Assembly: GCA_965242695.1 (NCBI GenBank)
Contig: CBDESU010000001.1
Coordinates: 1,472,001-1,536,000 of the forward strand
Origin: Cenarchaeum sp.
GTDB taxonomy: Archaea > Thermoproteota > Nitrososphaeria > Nitrososphaerales > Nitrosopumilaceae
Direction of reading: 5' to 3'
Length of the DNA stretch: 64,000 nucleotides
Part shown: positions 1 through 10,209 of the stretch, piece by piece
Layout: each line of letters opens with the position of its first letter
How positions within the stretch are numbered: the first letter of the stretch is position 1
Program-made: the position numbers and the translations under genes
The notes under the pieces: model-generated
Told to the model about the DNA's origin: nothing
What the model saw: only the letters and a program-made list of their open reading frames with translations
Database searches by the model: none

Positions 1-14
1 AGTTCTACTGGGAC

Positions 15-665
15 ATGGCCGCCGGCTTTGGCGCAAGGCACGCGCCCGAGCGCATGGCAGACGCCGACGACCCCTCGAGGGACGTCCTGAACATCGTAAA
101 GGTGATCAACGAAGAGATCGAGAAGAGGGAGAGGGCCGAGGTCCGCCGGGCCGCAATGTCGGCCGGCTCGGATCCAAGGGACATCGCCGAGGCGGCGTCC
201 GACGCGGCCAGGAGGGCGCGCGCCGGCGCCGGCGGCGCCGGCGGCCCGCCGACGCTTGCCGAGCTAGCGTCAGACGAGATGGCCGCGTTCAGGCAGAGGG
301 TGGTTGCAAGGGCCATCAAGCCAGAGGTGCTGCGCCACCTGCAGGAGGGCATGCCCGAGCTGTACGAGCGCGACGGGGACCGCATCATCCTGGACGCAGA
401 GGCCGTCAGGTACATTGGGATGGCCGGCGCGGCCCTCAAGGCCGGCCTGTCCCACGTGATCGCCGTGCTGCTCGAAGAGGTCAACCCGTCGATGCGGCAT
501 GCCGCATCCAAGGCAAGGCAGGACGTGCCGTACGAGGAGAGGCTCAAGAAGGTCGTGAGGCTGGAGGCCAGGGCCATGGAGCAGAGAGCCGACGTAGAGT
601 CGCTCTACAGGATATCGTCGGACCTGACGGCCGGCCTAGAGAGGCTCGCTGCGCTCAAGACGTAG
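15..665 (+). CDS. hypothetical protein (helical, may be 5'-truncated)
   Basis: 216-aa ORF with host-like GC3-rich codon usage; no family motif recognised. Confidence 0.6.
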   Translation: MAAGFGARHAPERMADADDPSRDVLNIVKVINEEIEKRERAEVRRAAMSAGSDPRDIAEAASDAARRARAGAGGAGGPPTLAELASDEMAAFRQRVVARAIKPEVLRHLQEGMPELYERDGDRIILDAEAVRYIGMAGAALKAGLSHVIAVLLEEVNPSMRHAASKARQDVPYEERLKKVVRLEARAMEQRADVESLYRISSDLTAGLERLAALKT

Positions 666-763
666 GCGGGCTGTACGGGGCGGACCCCGGCAGCAGGGCG
701 GCGGCATGCCGCCGGCGACTCGGCATCCCGCTCCCCCCCCCACCCTCTCCCGCTCCGCTGCGC

Positions 764-859
764 GCCCGGCGCGATCGCCTGCACTCCGCCTCCGCCCGCC
801 CCTACCTCCGCCCCCGCGCCGCCCCTGCCCGGCGCGATCGCCTGCACTCCGCCTCCGCC
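764..859. repeat. 33-bp direct repeat x2 upstream of dndB1
   Basis: gcccggcgcgatcgcctgcactccgcctccgcc at 764-796 and 827-859. Confidence 0.9.
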
Positions 860-985
860 GTCCCCCTGTCCGCCCTTGCCCCCTCAAGCCGCGCCCCGCG
901 CACGCCCCGCCGCGCCTGCAACGTGCGTCCAAGCGGTACGGCGCACGCCGAAGCATTTATCAACACGCCCCCTGCGCGCCAAATC

Positions 986-2062
986 ATGATGGGGGGGGGG
1001 GCGGATCCTGAGGGCACCATGGGCTTTGACGCCATCCGCGGGGTCCAGGCCAAGCGCGAGTTCTACACCATCATGTGCACGTTCGCGACCATCACAAAGC
1101 ACTTCGAGTTCGACAACGACCCCCGCATAGCCCCCGAGCAGAGGGCCCAGCGCAAGCTGCGCGAGTCGCGCGTGCCCGACATTGCAAGCTACATCCTAGA
1201 GAACCGCGACACGTACGTCTTTTCGTCGATTACCGTCTCGGTCGGCGGCCGCGTAAAGTTCATCCCGAGCCCCGGCCAGGGGTCCGACGCGCGCCTCGGC
1301 AAGCTGTACATACCGCTCGACGCGCCGATCCTCATAAACGACGGCCAGCACAGGTGCGCCGCCATCAGGGCCGCGTTCGAGAAGGATCCGACGCTAGAGG
1401 TCGAGCGGGTCTCGGTCGTCGTCTTCGAGGACAGGGGCCTCAAGCGCAGCCAGCAGATGTTCGCCGACCTCAACAAGCACGCCGTAAAGCCGACGCGCTC
1501 GCTCGGGCTCCTGTACGACCACAGGGACACGTACGCGCGGTTCATCGTGACGATGATCAAGGACATCGAGGCGTTCGCCGGCCGGATAGAGATGGAGCGG
1601 ACCAACATATCGCACCGCTCCAAGAACCTGTTCACGCTCAACGGGGTCGCCGATGCGACGCGCTACCTTCTCAGGATGAGGGCAAAGACAAAGTCGATCG
1701 CGTCCGAGAAGCAAAAGCTCGCCGTAGAGTTCTGGAACAGGGCGGCCGGGAACATACCCGAGTGGAGCCTGCTCATGGAGGGGAGGATCACGACGGCCGA
1801 GATGAGAAAGGGGTACGTCCACGCCCACACGAACATGCTCAACGCTCTGGGGATTGCGGGCCACGTCATTACGAGGAGGGACGACTGGCGCGACGTGCTG
1901 AAGGGGCTGCAAAAGGTGGACTGGCGCAAGGACAGCCCCGTGTGGCGCGACAAGATCGTAATGGACGGGCGCATGCTAAAGAACCGCCTCGGCATAAAGC
2001 GCGCGGCCAACGCGCTGCTCGCCGAGCTCGGCCTAGACGAGAGGGTCGAGGAGGCGGTGTGA
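986..2062 (+). CDS. dndB: DNA sulfur modification protein DndB (copy 1)
   Basis: DGQHR motif, RAQRxLxxxR, QQMFADLNKHAVKP; first gene of dnd operon; start 986/989 or 1019; TTTAT box at ~956. Confidence 0.92.
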   Translation: MMGGGADPEGTMGFDAIRGVQAKREFYTIMCTFATITKHFEFDNDPRIAPEQRAQRKLRESRVPDIASYILENRDTYVFSSITVSVGGRVKFIPSPGQGSDARLGKLYIPLDAPILINDGQHRCAAIRAAFEKDPTLEVERVSVVVFEDRGLKRSQQMFADLNKHAVKPTRSLGLLYDHRDTYARFIVTMIKDIEAFAGRIEMERTNISHRSKNLFTLNGVADATRYLLRMRAKTKSIASEKQKLAVEFWNRAAGNIPEWSLLMEGRITTAEMRKGYVHAHTNMLNALGIAGHVITRRDDWRDVLKGLQKVDWRKDSPVWRDKIVMDGRMLKNRLGIKRAANALLAELGLDERVEEAV

Positions 2063-2063
2063 C

Positions 2064-3602
2064 ATGGGGGCCGCGTCGGTCTTTGACTCGCGCACGCTCG
2101 GGGACGTGTACGAGGAGATCCGCGGGGTGTACGCGGGCGACCCCAGGCCGTGGATACTCGGGTTCAGCGGCGGCAAGGACTCTACGTGCATGGTGCAGCT
2201 CGTGTGGAACGCCCTGTCGGCCCTGCCCCCCGAGAAGCTGCTCAAGCGGCTGCACGTCATATCGTCGGACACGCGCGTCGAGTCGCCGACGGTGGCCGAG
2301 CAGATCAGGCGCTCGCATGCGATGATCGATGCGGCGGCGGCCAGGTCGGGCCTGCCCATATCGACGAGTATAGTCAGGCCGCCGACCGAGGAGACGTTCT
2401 GGGTGTGCCTGCTCGGGAGGGGGTACCCTGCGCCGACGAACCTGTTCCGGTGGTGCACCGACAGGCTAAAGGTGTCCAATGCGGACAGGTTCGTGCGCGA
2501 GCAGGTCTCTAGGTACGGCGAGGCCGTCGCCGTGCTCGGCACGCGCAAGGACGAGAGCGGCTCGAGGGGGCAGCTGATGAACCTGTACGAGATCGAGGGC
2601 AGCCGCCTGTCCAGGCACTCGAAGCTGGCGCAGACGTACGTGTACACGCCGCTGCGCGACTTTACGTCGAGGGACGTGTGGAACTATCTGCTGCAGCACA
2701 AGAACCCGTGGGGGGCGAGCAACCGCGACCTGCTGGCCATGTACAAGGACGCCAACGCGGCCGAGTGCCCGCTGGTCGTCGATACGAGCACGCCCTCGTG
2801 CGGGGGGACGAGGTTCGGGTGCTGGACGTGCACCGTCGTCGAGAGCGACTCGTCCCTGAGGAACACCGTGGACAACGGGGCCGAGTGGATGGAGCCGCTG
2901 CTCGAGCTGCGCGAGGAGCTAAAGGCCACGCAGGATCCGGCGCGGCGGCGCGAGGTGAGGTCGCTCAAGCGGAGGCTGGGGCAGATGAAGCTGATCGACG
3001 ATGCGCGCAGGGATACGTTCGAGAAAAAGATGCGCGAGTCCGAAGAGGCAAGGGCGGCGGCATCGGCATCGGAGGGAGGCGGCAGGGATGCGTCCGGTGC
3101 GGGCGACGACCCGTACTCCAAGCTGGTGCCGGGCCCGTACACGTTCGAGTTCTGCGTGCACTTTCTAGAGAGGCTTCTGGCGGCGCAGGAGAGGGTCAGG
3201 CGGGACGGGCCCGACCCCGGCATCGTCCTGATAGGCGACGACGAGGTGCACGAGATACAGAGGATATGGAGGGCAGAGCGCGGCGACTGGCGCGACACCG
3301 CGTACCGGACGTACGAGAGGGCGACGGGGAGGGCCCTGGCCGCGCCGGGCGAGGACATGGGCGGGCCCGGGGCGGCCGAGCAGGAAGTGTTGGAGGAGGT
3401 CTGCGCCGGCAGGGGCGTGCCGGCGCTGCTCGTCTCAAAGCTGCTCAACGCCGAGCACGAGTCGCGGGGGATGGCGCGGCGATCGGGCGTGTACCGGAGG
3501 ATCAACGCGGTCCTCTCCGAGGAGTGGCGCGAGGACATGGGCGAGGTCATCGGCGACCTTGAGCGCAAAAAGGCCGCAAGGGAGGAGCTTGGAGGGGTTT
3601 GA
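2064..3602 (+). CDS. dndC: DNA phosphorothioation sulfurtransferase DndC (copy 1)
   Basis: PAPS-reductase PP-loop PWILGFSGGKDS, RWCTDRLK, ECPLVVDTSTPSCGGTRFGCWTC. Confidence 0.95.
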   Translation: MGAASVFDSRTLGDVYEEIRGVYAGDPRPWILGFSGGKDSTCMVQLVWNALSALPPEKLLKRLHVISSDTRVESPTVAEQIRRSHAMIDAAAARSGLPISTSIVRPPTEETFWVCLLGRGYPAPTNLFRWCTDRLKVSNADRFVREQVSRYGEAVAVLGTRKDESGSRGQLMNLYEIEGSRLSRHSKLAQTYVYTPLRDFTSRDVWNYLLQHKNPWGASNRDLLAMYKDANAAECPLVVDTSTPSCGGTRFGCWTCTVVESDSSLRNTVDNGAEWMEPLLELREELKATQDPARRREVRSLKRRLGQMKLIDDARRDTFEKKMRESEEARAAASASEGGGRDASGAGDDPYSKLVPGPYTFEFCVHFLERLLAAQERVRRDGPDPGIVLIGDDEVHEIQRIWRAERGDWRDTAYRTYERATGRALAAPGEDMGGPGAAEQEVLEEVCAGRGVPALLVSKLLNAEHESRGMARRSGVYRRINAVLSEEWREDMGEVIGDLERKKAAREELGGV

Positions 3603-5671
3603 TGCTGACCGGGATCGTCCTGACGGACTATGGGCTGTACCGCGGGCGCAACGAGATCGACCTGTCGTGCGCGGCCGACAGGCCGGTCGTGCTCGTCGGC
3701 GGGCTCAACGGGGCCGGAAAAACGACGCTGTTCGAGGCCGTCAGGCTGTGCCTGTACGGCGGCGCGGCGCTGGTCGGGAGGGGGGCGCGGCGGGGAGGCA
3801 GGAAGGCGTACGAGGAGTTTCTGGCGCGCAGGGTGCACAGGCCGACGGGAGAAGGCATGAGGGAGGAGGATCGGCGCGCATCCGTGGCGGTTACATTCGG
3901 GTTCTTCCATGGAGGGAAGGAGTCCGAGTACAGGGTCGAGAGGTCTTGGTCGTCGGGTGCCGGCGGCGGCGGGGGAGTCGACGAGCGGCTAGAGGTCGGC
4001 AGGCGCAGCCCCGGCGATACAGAGTTTGCGCCGCTCGATGCCGTCGAGAGGCCCCACTGGCAGCAGTTCATCGAGGGGATCATACCGCGCGGGATAATGC
4101 AGCTGTTCTTTTTTGACGGGGAAAAGGTAGCAAGGATGGCCGGCGGGGACGAGGGCGCCGGAGCGGCCGAGGGCGAGGCCGTGCGCGAGGCGTTCGGGGC
4201 CCTGCTCGGCCTGGACACGGTCGAGCAGCTCCAGGCCGACCTAGAGGTCAACCTGGCGCGCAACCTGACGGGGGGCGGGGCGGCGCTGCGCGCCGAGTAC
4301 GAGAGGGTCAGGGAGGAGAGGGACGAGAACGACGCCGGCTCGGCGCGCCTGCGCGAGAGGCTGGCCCAAAAGGCTACCGAGCTGGATGCCGTGCGAGCCC
4401 AGACCGAGGCCGCCGAGGCTAGGATAGCCAGGGTGGGAGGCGGCTTTGCGGCAAGGCGGGAAGAGGCAAAGGCCGAGCTTGCAGCGGCGCGGTCCGAGCA
4501 CGAGGCCTCCTGCCAGCGCCTGCGCGAGATGTGCTCCGGCGCCCTCCCGTTCGCGCTCGTGCCGGCCAGGCTGGCGCGGATGCGCGACTCCATACTGGAG
4601 GATCAAAAGGCGCAGCGCCGGCGGGCCGGGCAGGCCGAGCTGAGTGCGAGCATCGGCAGGATGCTATCCAGGCTCGACGCGGACGGGTTTCGGACAGGCG
4701 CGGCCCTTGACGGCGAGGGGGCAAAGAGGGCCGCGATGCTGGTCGCAAGGGCCGCGGCCGGCGAGTCTGGCGGCGCGGACGTGCCCGAGCCGCCCATGGG
4801 CCTGTCCGAGTCGCAGGTGGCCGTACTGGTGCGGGCGATCGACGAGGCCGACAGGGCCGCCGAGGGCCTGGCCGAGCATGCCGATGCGGCGGCCGCATCT
4901 GCCGAGAGGATCGCCGGCATCGAGTCGTCGCTGGCAAAGGCGCCGCGCGACGACGAGATCGGCCCGCTCGTCTCCGAGGTCGGCAGGCTTCGGGCCGAGG
5001 AGGGCAGGCTCAAGGCCGAGTCGGACCACATAGAGGGGAGGATATCGAGCAGCGCGGCGCTGCGGCAGCACCTCAACGCAAAGCTGCGCGAGACGATGTC
5101 CCGCATATACAAGGCCGAGGGATCCCAGAGGAGGGCCGAGCTTACCAGGCGCGTGCAGGGCGTCCTGGAAGAGTACGCCGGCAGGCTCAGGGCAAGGAAG
5201 GTGCGCGAGCTAGAGAGGCACCTGCTAGAGTCGGCCCGCACGCTGCTGCACAAGGGCGACCTGATCGGCGGCGCAAGCGTGGACCCCGAGACGTTTCGGG
5301 TGTCGCTGTCCAGGCCCGGCGGCTCCGAGCTGCGCAGGGACGAGCTGTCCGAGGGCGAGAAGCAGATGCTGGCGACGGCCCTGCTGTGGGCGCTGGCCAG
5401 GGCGTCGGGCAGGGCCCTGCCGTTCATGATCGACACGCCGCTCGCAAGGCTCGACAGGAGCCACCGCGACAGCATGGTCGACAGGTTCCTGCCTGCCGCC
5501 TCGCACCAGGTCATCGTCCTCTCGACGGACGAGGAGATCGACCAGAGGCGGCGCGCCAGGCTCGAGCCGCACCTGAGCCGGACGTACCTTGTGGAGTACG
5601 GGGGCGGCGCGACGAGGTGCCGCGAGGGGTACTTTGAGCCGGAGGAGGCTGGAAGGGTTGCCGCGGTTTAG
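3599..5671 (+). CDS. dndD: DNA sulfur modification ATPase DndD (copy 1)
   Basis: SMC-like: GGLNGAGKTT, LFFFDGEK, coiled coil, LSEGEKQ, IDTPLARLD, ASHQVIVLSTDEEI. Confidence 0.95.
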   Translation: MMLTGIVLTDYGLYRGRNEIDLSCAADRPVVLVGGLNGAGKTTLFEAVRLCLYGGAALVGRGARRGGRKAYEEFLARRVHRPTGEGMREEDRRASVAVTFGFFHGGKESEYRVERSWSSGAGGGGGVDERLEVGRRSPGDTEFAPLDAVERPHWQQFIEGIIPRGIMQLFFFDGEKVARMAGGDEGAGAAEGEAVREAFGALLGLDTVEQLQADLEVNLARNLTGGGAALRAEYERVREERDENDAGSARLRERLAQKATELDAVRAQTEAAEARIARVGGGFAARREEAKAELAAARSEHEASCQRLREMCSGALPFALVPARLARMRDSILEDQKAQRRRAGQAELSASIGRMLSRLDADGFRTGAALDGEGAKRAAMLVARAAAGESGGADVPEPPMGLSESQVAVLVRAIDEADRAAEGLAEHADAAAASAERIAGIESSLAKAPRDDEIGPLVSEVGRLRAEEGRLKAESDHIEGRISSSAALRQHLNAKLRETMSRIYKAEGSQRRAELTRRVQGVLEEYAGRLRARKVRELERHLLESARTLLHKGDLIGGASVDPETFRVSLSRPGGSELRRDELSEGEKQMLATALLWALARASGRALPFMIDTPLARLDRSHRDSMVDRFLPAASHQVIVLSTDEEIDQRRRARLEPHLSRTYLVEYGGGATRCREGYFEPEEAGRVAAV

Positions 5672-6044
5672 CAGGCTGCGGATGAGCCTGCGCTCGCAGA
5701 ACCTCATGGCGCAGCTAAAGGCGCGCACCGGCATGACGCCGAACGTGACCGGCAGGCTCGCCATATGCATCTCGCTCGGCGACCCGTCGCCGCCAAACCC
5801 CGACGAGTTCGACGAGAGGGGCTCCGAGATCTACCCGTCGGCGATGTTCGGCGAGCACGAGGAGATGTTCATGGCGCTCATGCTCCAGCGGCTAGAGGAG
5901 GACGGCCTCGACCCCGACGTATACCTCAACCGCATGGTCAGGGCCCACTTCAACAGGGGGACGATCGCGCTGTTCGCAAGGGTGCACCACATAGCCGACA
6001 TCGGCAGGGTCGTGGCCGAGGAGCGGGAGGCGCAGGGGTATTGA
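5658..6044 (+). CDS. dndE: DNA sulfur modification protein DndE (copy 1)
   Basis: LKARTGMTPNVxxRLAICISL...RAHFNRG; TTG start overlapping dndD end. Confidence 0.9.
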   Translation: MPRFSRLRMSLRSQNLMAQLKARTGMTPNVTGRLAICISLGDPSPPNPDEFDERGSEIYPSAMFGEHEEMFMALMLQRLEEDGLDPDVYLNRMVRAHFNRGTIALFARVHHIADIGRVVAEEREAQGY

Positions 6045-7264
6045 CGGCGCAGGGGCGGGCGGCTGCCCCGAAGGAGGGAAGCGGCGATCGGCCGGTGTAC
6101 CTCGACAGCCACGCCACGACGCGGCCCGACCCGCTCGTAGTGGAGGCTATGATGCCGTACCTGACCGAGCGCTTTGGAAACGCGTCAAGTACGGACCATA
6201 CGTACGGGCGCGACGCCTCGGAGGCCGTGGAAGAGGCCCGCCGGCAGGTGGCTACGCTCGTCAACGCAAGGCCCAACGAGATCGTATTCACGTCGGGCGC
6301 GACCGAGTCGGACAACATGGCCATCGTGGGAGCCATGGAAAGGTACAGGGACAGGGGCGACCACATGGTAACCTGCGAGACCGAGCACAGGGCTGTCCTC
6401 GACACGGCGCGGCACATGGAGAAAAAGGGCAGGCGCGTAACATACCTACCCGTCGATGAGTTCGGGATCGTAGAGCCCGGCGCCGTGCGCGATGCCATCG
6501 GCGACAGGACCATACTAGTCTCTATCATGGCGGCAAACAATGAGATCGGGACCATACCCGACATAGGGGCCATCGGCCGCGCAACGCGCGAGGCAGGCGT
6601 GCTGTTCCACACGGATGCTGCGCAGGCTGCCGGCCACATCCCGATCGATGTGCAGTCCATGAACATCGACCTCATGTCGCTCTCGGCCCACAAGATGCAC
6701 GGCCCAAAGGGGGCAGGGGCGCTGTACGTCAGGGGCACGTCCCCAAGGGTCGTACTCGAGCCCATACTGCACGGCGGCGGGCAGGAGCGCGGCCTGCGGT
6801 CGGGGACGCTTAACGTGCCGGCCATAGTCGGGTTCGGCAGGGCTACCGAGCTTGCTCGGGCCCGCATGCGGGACGATGCGGGGAGGCTTGCCAAATGGTC
6901 GTCAATGATGCGAAAGGATTTCGAGGCGGTCGGCGGCAGGATCATGGGCCACCCCGACCGGCGGCTTGCTCACAACGTCTGCGTGCGGTTCCCAGGCATC
7001 GACGGCAAGGCGATAATCAACACCGTGTCCGAATCGCTGGCGATATCGGCAGGCTCGGCCTGCACCGCGCAGGCGGTCGAGCCATCACACGTCCTGCTTG
7101 CCACGGGGTTGTCAGAAGAGGAGGCGCACTCGGCCGTGCGCATAGGGCTCGACAGGTTCAACACGGATGCCGACGTCGACCTGCTCGTCTCGACAGCGTC
7201 TGCCGCCGTACATCAGCTGCTAGGCATGGGGGGAGGAGGGCGCGAGGAGTACAAAGGGGTGTAG
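6041..7264 (+). CDS. dndA: cysteine desulfurase DndA/IscS (copy 1)
   Basis: YLDSHATT, FTSGATES, SAHKMHGPKG (PLP Lys), SAGSACT (catalytic Cys); TTG start overlaps dndE stop. Confidence 0.92.
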   Translation: MTAQGRAAAPKEGSGDRPVYLDSHATTRPDPLVVEAMMPYLTERFGNASSTDHTYGRDASEAVEEARRQVATLVNARPNEIVFTSGATESDNMAIVGAMERYRDRGDHMVTCETEHRAVLDTARHMEKKGRRVTYLPVDEFGIVEPGAVRDAIGDRTILVSIMAANNEIGTIPDIGAIGRATREAGVLFHTDAAQAAGHIPIDVQSMNIDLMSLSAHKMHGPKGAGALYVRGTSPRVVLEPILHGGGQERGLRSGTLNVPAIVGFGRATELARARMRDDAGRLAKWSSMMRKDFEAVGGRIMGHPDRRLAHNVCVRFPGIDGKAIINTVSESLAISAGSACTAQAVEPSHVLLATGLSEEEAHSAVRIGLDRFNTDADVDLLVSTASAAVHQLLGMGGGGREEYKGV

Positions 7265-7270
7265 CCGGCA

Positions 7271-8152
7271 GTGTCCAAGGACTTTGTGATGATCGTCAGC
7301 GGACGCGATGCGGAGAGGTTCAGGCGGTTCTGCACGGGCGAAGACGGCGCAGCGGCGCTCCCACTGGGCGCAGAGGGCGATGCCGTCAACCTTTGGGCGG
7401 TGTCAGCACCGTCCGGTGGCAACGTGTGGGACAAGGTTGAAAGTGGAGACAGGGTGTTCTTCGCCGAGTTCGGGTCGCGGTTTGTCGCATGCGGCACCGT
7501 GTCTGGCACAGCGCAAGACGGATCGACGGCGGTTCGTACGTGGGGCGACACGCCGCGCATGCGCATGCTCGATCGATTCATACTGTTTTCCAAAGTGCGC
7601 GAAGTGTCCGAGCCGTTCGGCAGGACATGCAGGAAGGCTGGCATCGAGCCGTCCGAGTTCACCGCCCTGTACGAAGCGGCGGGGCACATCGACTCATTGC
7701 CGCGCGGCCCCGGCTCGCAGGCCTACGAGATGCCCATACCGCGCGGCATGATCGCAATTCCGGCCGACGGGGACGGTCCACCCGAAAAGGTAGCAGGGCC
7801 CGTGACCCGGTTTATCAGGGATGCGGAAAAGGCTCAGAAGATCAAGCGCCTGTACCTCGACAGGTGCCAGGTCTGCGGCATTGCGATAGAGATGCCGGGC
7901 GGCATGAAGTATAGCGAGGTCCACCACCTCCGTCCCCTCAAGGAGGGCGGGGATGACAACTATGGCAACATGATCGTCCTGTGCCCCAACCACCACGCAA
8001 GGTTTGACTGCGGGGCCGTAGGAATATCCAAGGACGGCTCGACGGTCATCGACTGGCGAGGCAGAAAGGTAGGGAGAGTCACCATTGCAGGTGGCCACTC
8101 GATCGACCGGAAGAACATCACATATCACGCGGAGGCGATGCGGCGGGTATGA
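7271..8152 (+). CDS. HNH endonuclease with N-terminal PUA/EVE-like domain
   Basis: C-terminal CQVC..EVHHLRPL..GGDDNYGNMIVLCPNHH; N-terminal WAV...WDKVESGDRVFF resembles EVE/PUA fold. Confidence 0.8.
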   Translation: MSKDFVMIVSGRDAERFRRFCTGEDGAAALPLGAEGDAVNLWAVSAPSGGNVWDKVESGDRVFFAEFGSRFVACGTVSGTAQDGSTAVRTWGDTPRMRMLDRFILFSKVREVSEPFGRTCRKAGIEPSEFTALYEAAGHIDSLPRGPGSQAYEMPIPRGMIAIPADGDGPPEKVAGPVTRFIRDAEKAQKIKRLYLDRCQVCGIAIEMPGGMKYSEVHHLRPLKEGGDDNYGNMIVLCPNHHARFDCGAVGISKDGSTVIDWRGRKVGRVTIAGGHSIDRKNITYHAEAMRRV

Positions 8153-10209
8153 ACCTAAGAGACGCAGATGTCAGACCGCAGTACGATTCCATATTCGACG
8201 ACGTATACGGGGATTTTTTCAACCCTGTGTTCAAACGCTCACGACGCTGCAGTCGGGCAGGCGGAAGGTTCACGTCCAAGAACCTCGCAGCCTGCGCCGA
8301 GGGCATGCAGGAATTTATCCAAAACGACGGAAGGATGGAACTGGCCATGCTCCCCGAGCTCAGCGAAGAGGACGTAGAGGCGATCAGGCGCGGCATCCGC
8401 AACGAAAGCGACGTGTTGTCAGAAGGGTGGATAAAGGACATGTCGGAAATAAGAGAAAAGTTCGTGGAGGACCACGTCAAGGCTCTGTCGTGGATGCTGG
8501 CCAACGGCAACTTAGAGATAAAAATAGTCATGCCGAGGGACTGCGAAGGGAAGATTGTCAAATATTCAGCACTTCAAGAAAGCCAAGTGTTCAAGAAAAA
8601 AACGGGGCTTTTTTGGAGCTCGGGAAATGACGTGCTGACGTTTTCTGGCAACATAGAATACGACGACAAAATGATGGGCGAATATTACCATTTTCGTACA
8701 TATCGCAGTTGGGTGCCGGACGAAAAAAAGTACGTCGAACAAGACTACGATGAATTCATGCGGTACTGGGACGGCCAGGCAGAAGCGGGAAAAATGCGGT
8801 TGGAGGCCGTGCAGCTGCCCGACGCCATCAGGGACAGCCTAATCAGGATCGCGCCAAGCTCAAAGTCTGAAATATCCCTGCAAGTGGCGCCGCGGCTCCG
8901 TCCATACCAGAAGGAGGCTGTACAGAGGTGGGCGGGCGCGGGCGGGCGCGGAGTGCTGGAAATGGCCACGGGCACAGGCAAGACGTTTGCCGCCATAGGA
9001 TGCATGGACGAGATCCGCAAGAGGTGCAAGAAAGTGCTGGTTGTAGTAGCTTGCCCCTTCGACAACCTAGAGCGCCAGTGGAAGTCCGAGCTGGAACGGT
9101 GGGGCATCCAATCGCAGATAACCTCGCACAACACGCAATGGTACACCGCCATGAAGGATGGCATATCCGCCCTAAGGGCGTCTAATCAGGAACACATGCT
9201 GGTGATCATAACATCCTACAACACTTTTCACAGCGAAAAATTTACAAGTGTGATAAGGGATTTCGGAATGGAGACGATGCTGGTGGCGGACGAAGTCCAT
9301 AATGCAGGGTCGCCCACACGCCTTGCCGGACTAACCGACGCTTACGTATACAGGCTGGGTCTGTCAGCCACGCTAGAAAGATACTTCGATGAGCAGGGAA
9401 CAGCCGCGCTGCAAAGGTTCTTTGGAGACACCGTATTTGCGCTGGACCTAGAGCAGGCAATAGCACACAAGTTCCTCGTCGGTTACAACTACCATCCAAT
9501 ATATACAGACCTGACAGAGGACGAGTACGAGGAATACAGGAGGAGGACGAAGTTGATCGCCATGCTCTGGCGGTCAAAAAAGGCAGAGGATAGAGAACGC
9601 CTAGAAAGAGAACTAGACATTCGTTCACGCATAATACTCAACGCAGAGTCAAAAATCGAGAGGTTTGCCGAGTGGGCAAGGGCGCACGAGGGTCGAATAA
9701 AACACACCCTAGTGTACTGCTCCGAGGTCCAGATGCCCAGAGTCAAGCAAATACTAACCGAGTGTGGCGCAGTCAACAGGGAAATCACTGCAAAGAATCC
9801 AAGTAATGTATGCGATCGCACATCAATACTGCAAGAATTCGCCAACGGCACCTATGATGCAATAGTGGCCAACAAGGTGCTCGACGAAGGGGCAGACATA
9901 CCGGCCGCCAACACCTGCGTTATGCTAGCCAGTACAGGTAACCCCAAACAGTTCATACAGCGGCGCGGCAGGGTGCTAAGGAGGCTCCCCCAAGGATACA
10001 GCGACGGAAGACAAAAGGAGCATGCCGACATATACGACATAATCGTGATGCCGGATGGCGGGGAAGGGTATACAGTGGCAGAAGCACAGGTTGAAAGGCA
10101 GATCACATCTTCACAGATATGCAGACAAGAGATGATGGCAGAAGTGGCCCTCAACAAGGATGCGTGCATGAAGGAGTTATCCACCATCAAGGCAAAGTTT
10201 GCCCTGTAG
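8149..10209 (+). CDS. PbeA-like SF2 helicase with N-terminal PLD-like domain (PT-associated)
   Basis: MATGTGKT, DEVH, GLSAT, LDEGADIP, QRRGRVLR; N-terminus YDS..D..FFNP..RAGGRFTS typical of dnd-associated restriction helicases. Confidence 0.85.
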   Translation: MNLRDADVRPQYDSIFDDVYGDFFNPVFKRSRRCSRAGGRFTSKNLAACAEGMQEFIQNDGRMELAMLPELSEEDVEAIRRGIRNESDVLSEGWIKDMSEIREKFVEDHVKALSWMLANGNLEIKIVMPRDCEGKIVKYSALQESQVFKKKTGLFWSSGNDVLTFSGNIEYDDKMMGEYYHFRTYRSWVPDEKKYVEQDYDEFMRYWDGQAEAGKMRLEAVQLPDAIRDSLIRIAPSSKSEISLQVAPRLRPYQKEAVQRWAGAGGRGVLEMATGTGKTFAAIGCMDEIRKRCKKVLVVVACPFDNLERQWKSELERWGIQSQITSHNTQWYTAMKDGISALRASNQEHMLVIITSYNTFHSEKFTSVIRDFGMETMLVADEVHNAGSPTRLAGLTDAYVYRLGLSATLERYFDEQGTAALQRFFGDTVFALDLEQAIAHKFLVGYNYHPIYTDLTEDEYEEYRRRTKLIAMLWRSKKAEDRERLERELDIRSRIILNAESKIERFAEWARAHEGRIKHTLVYCSEVQMPRVKQILTECGAVNREITAKNPSNVCDRTSILQEFANGTYDAIVANKVLDEGADIPAANTCVMLASTGNPKQFIQRRGRVLRRLPQGYSDGRQKEHADIYDIIVMPDGGEGYTVAEAQVERQITSSQICRQEMMAEVALNKDACMKELSTIKAKFAL

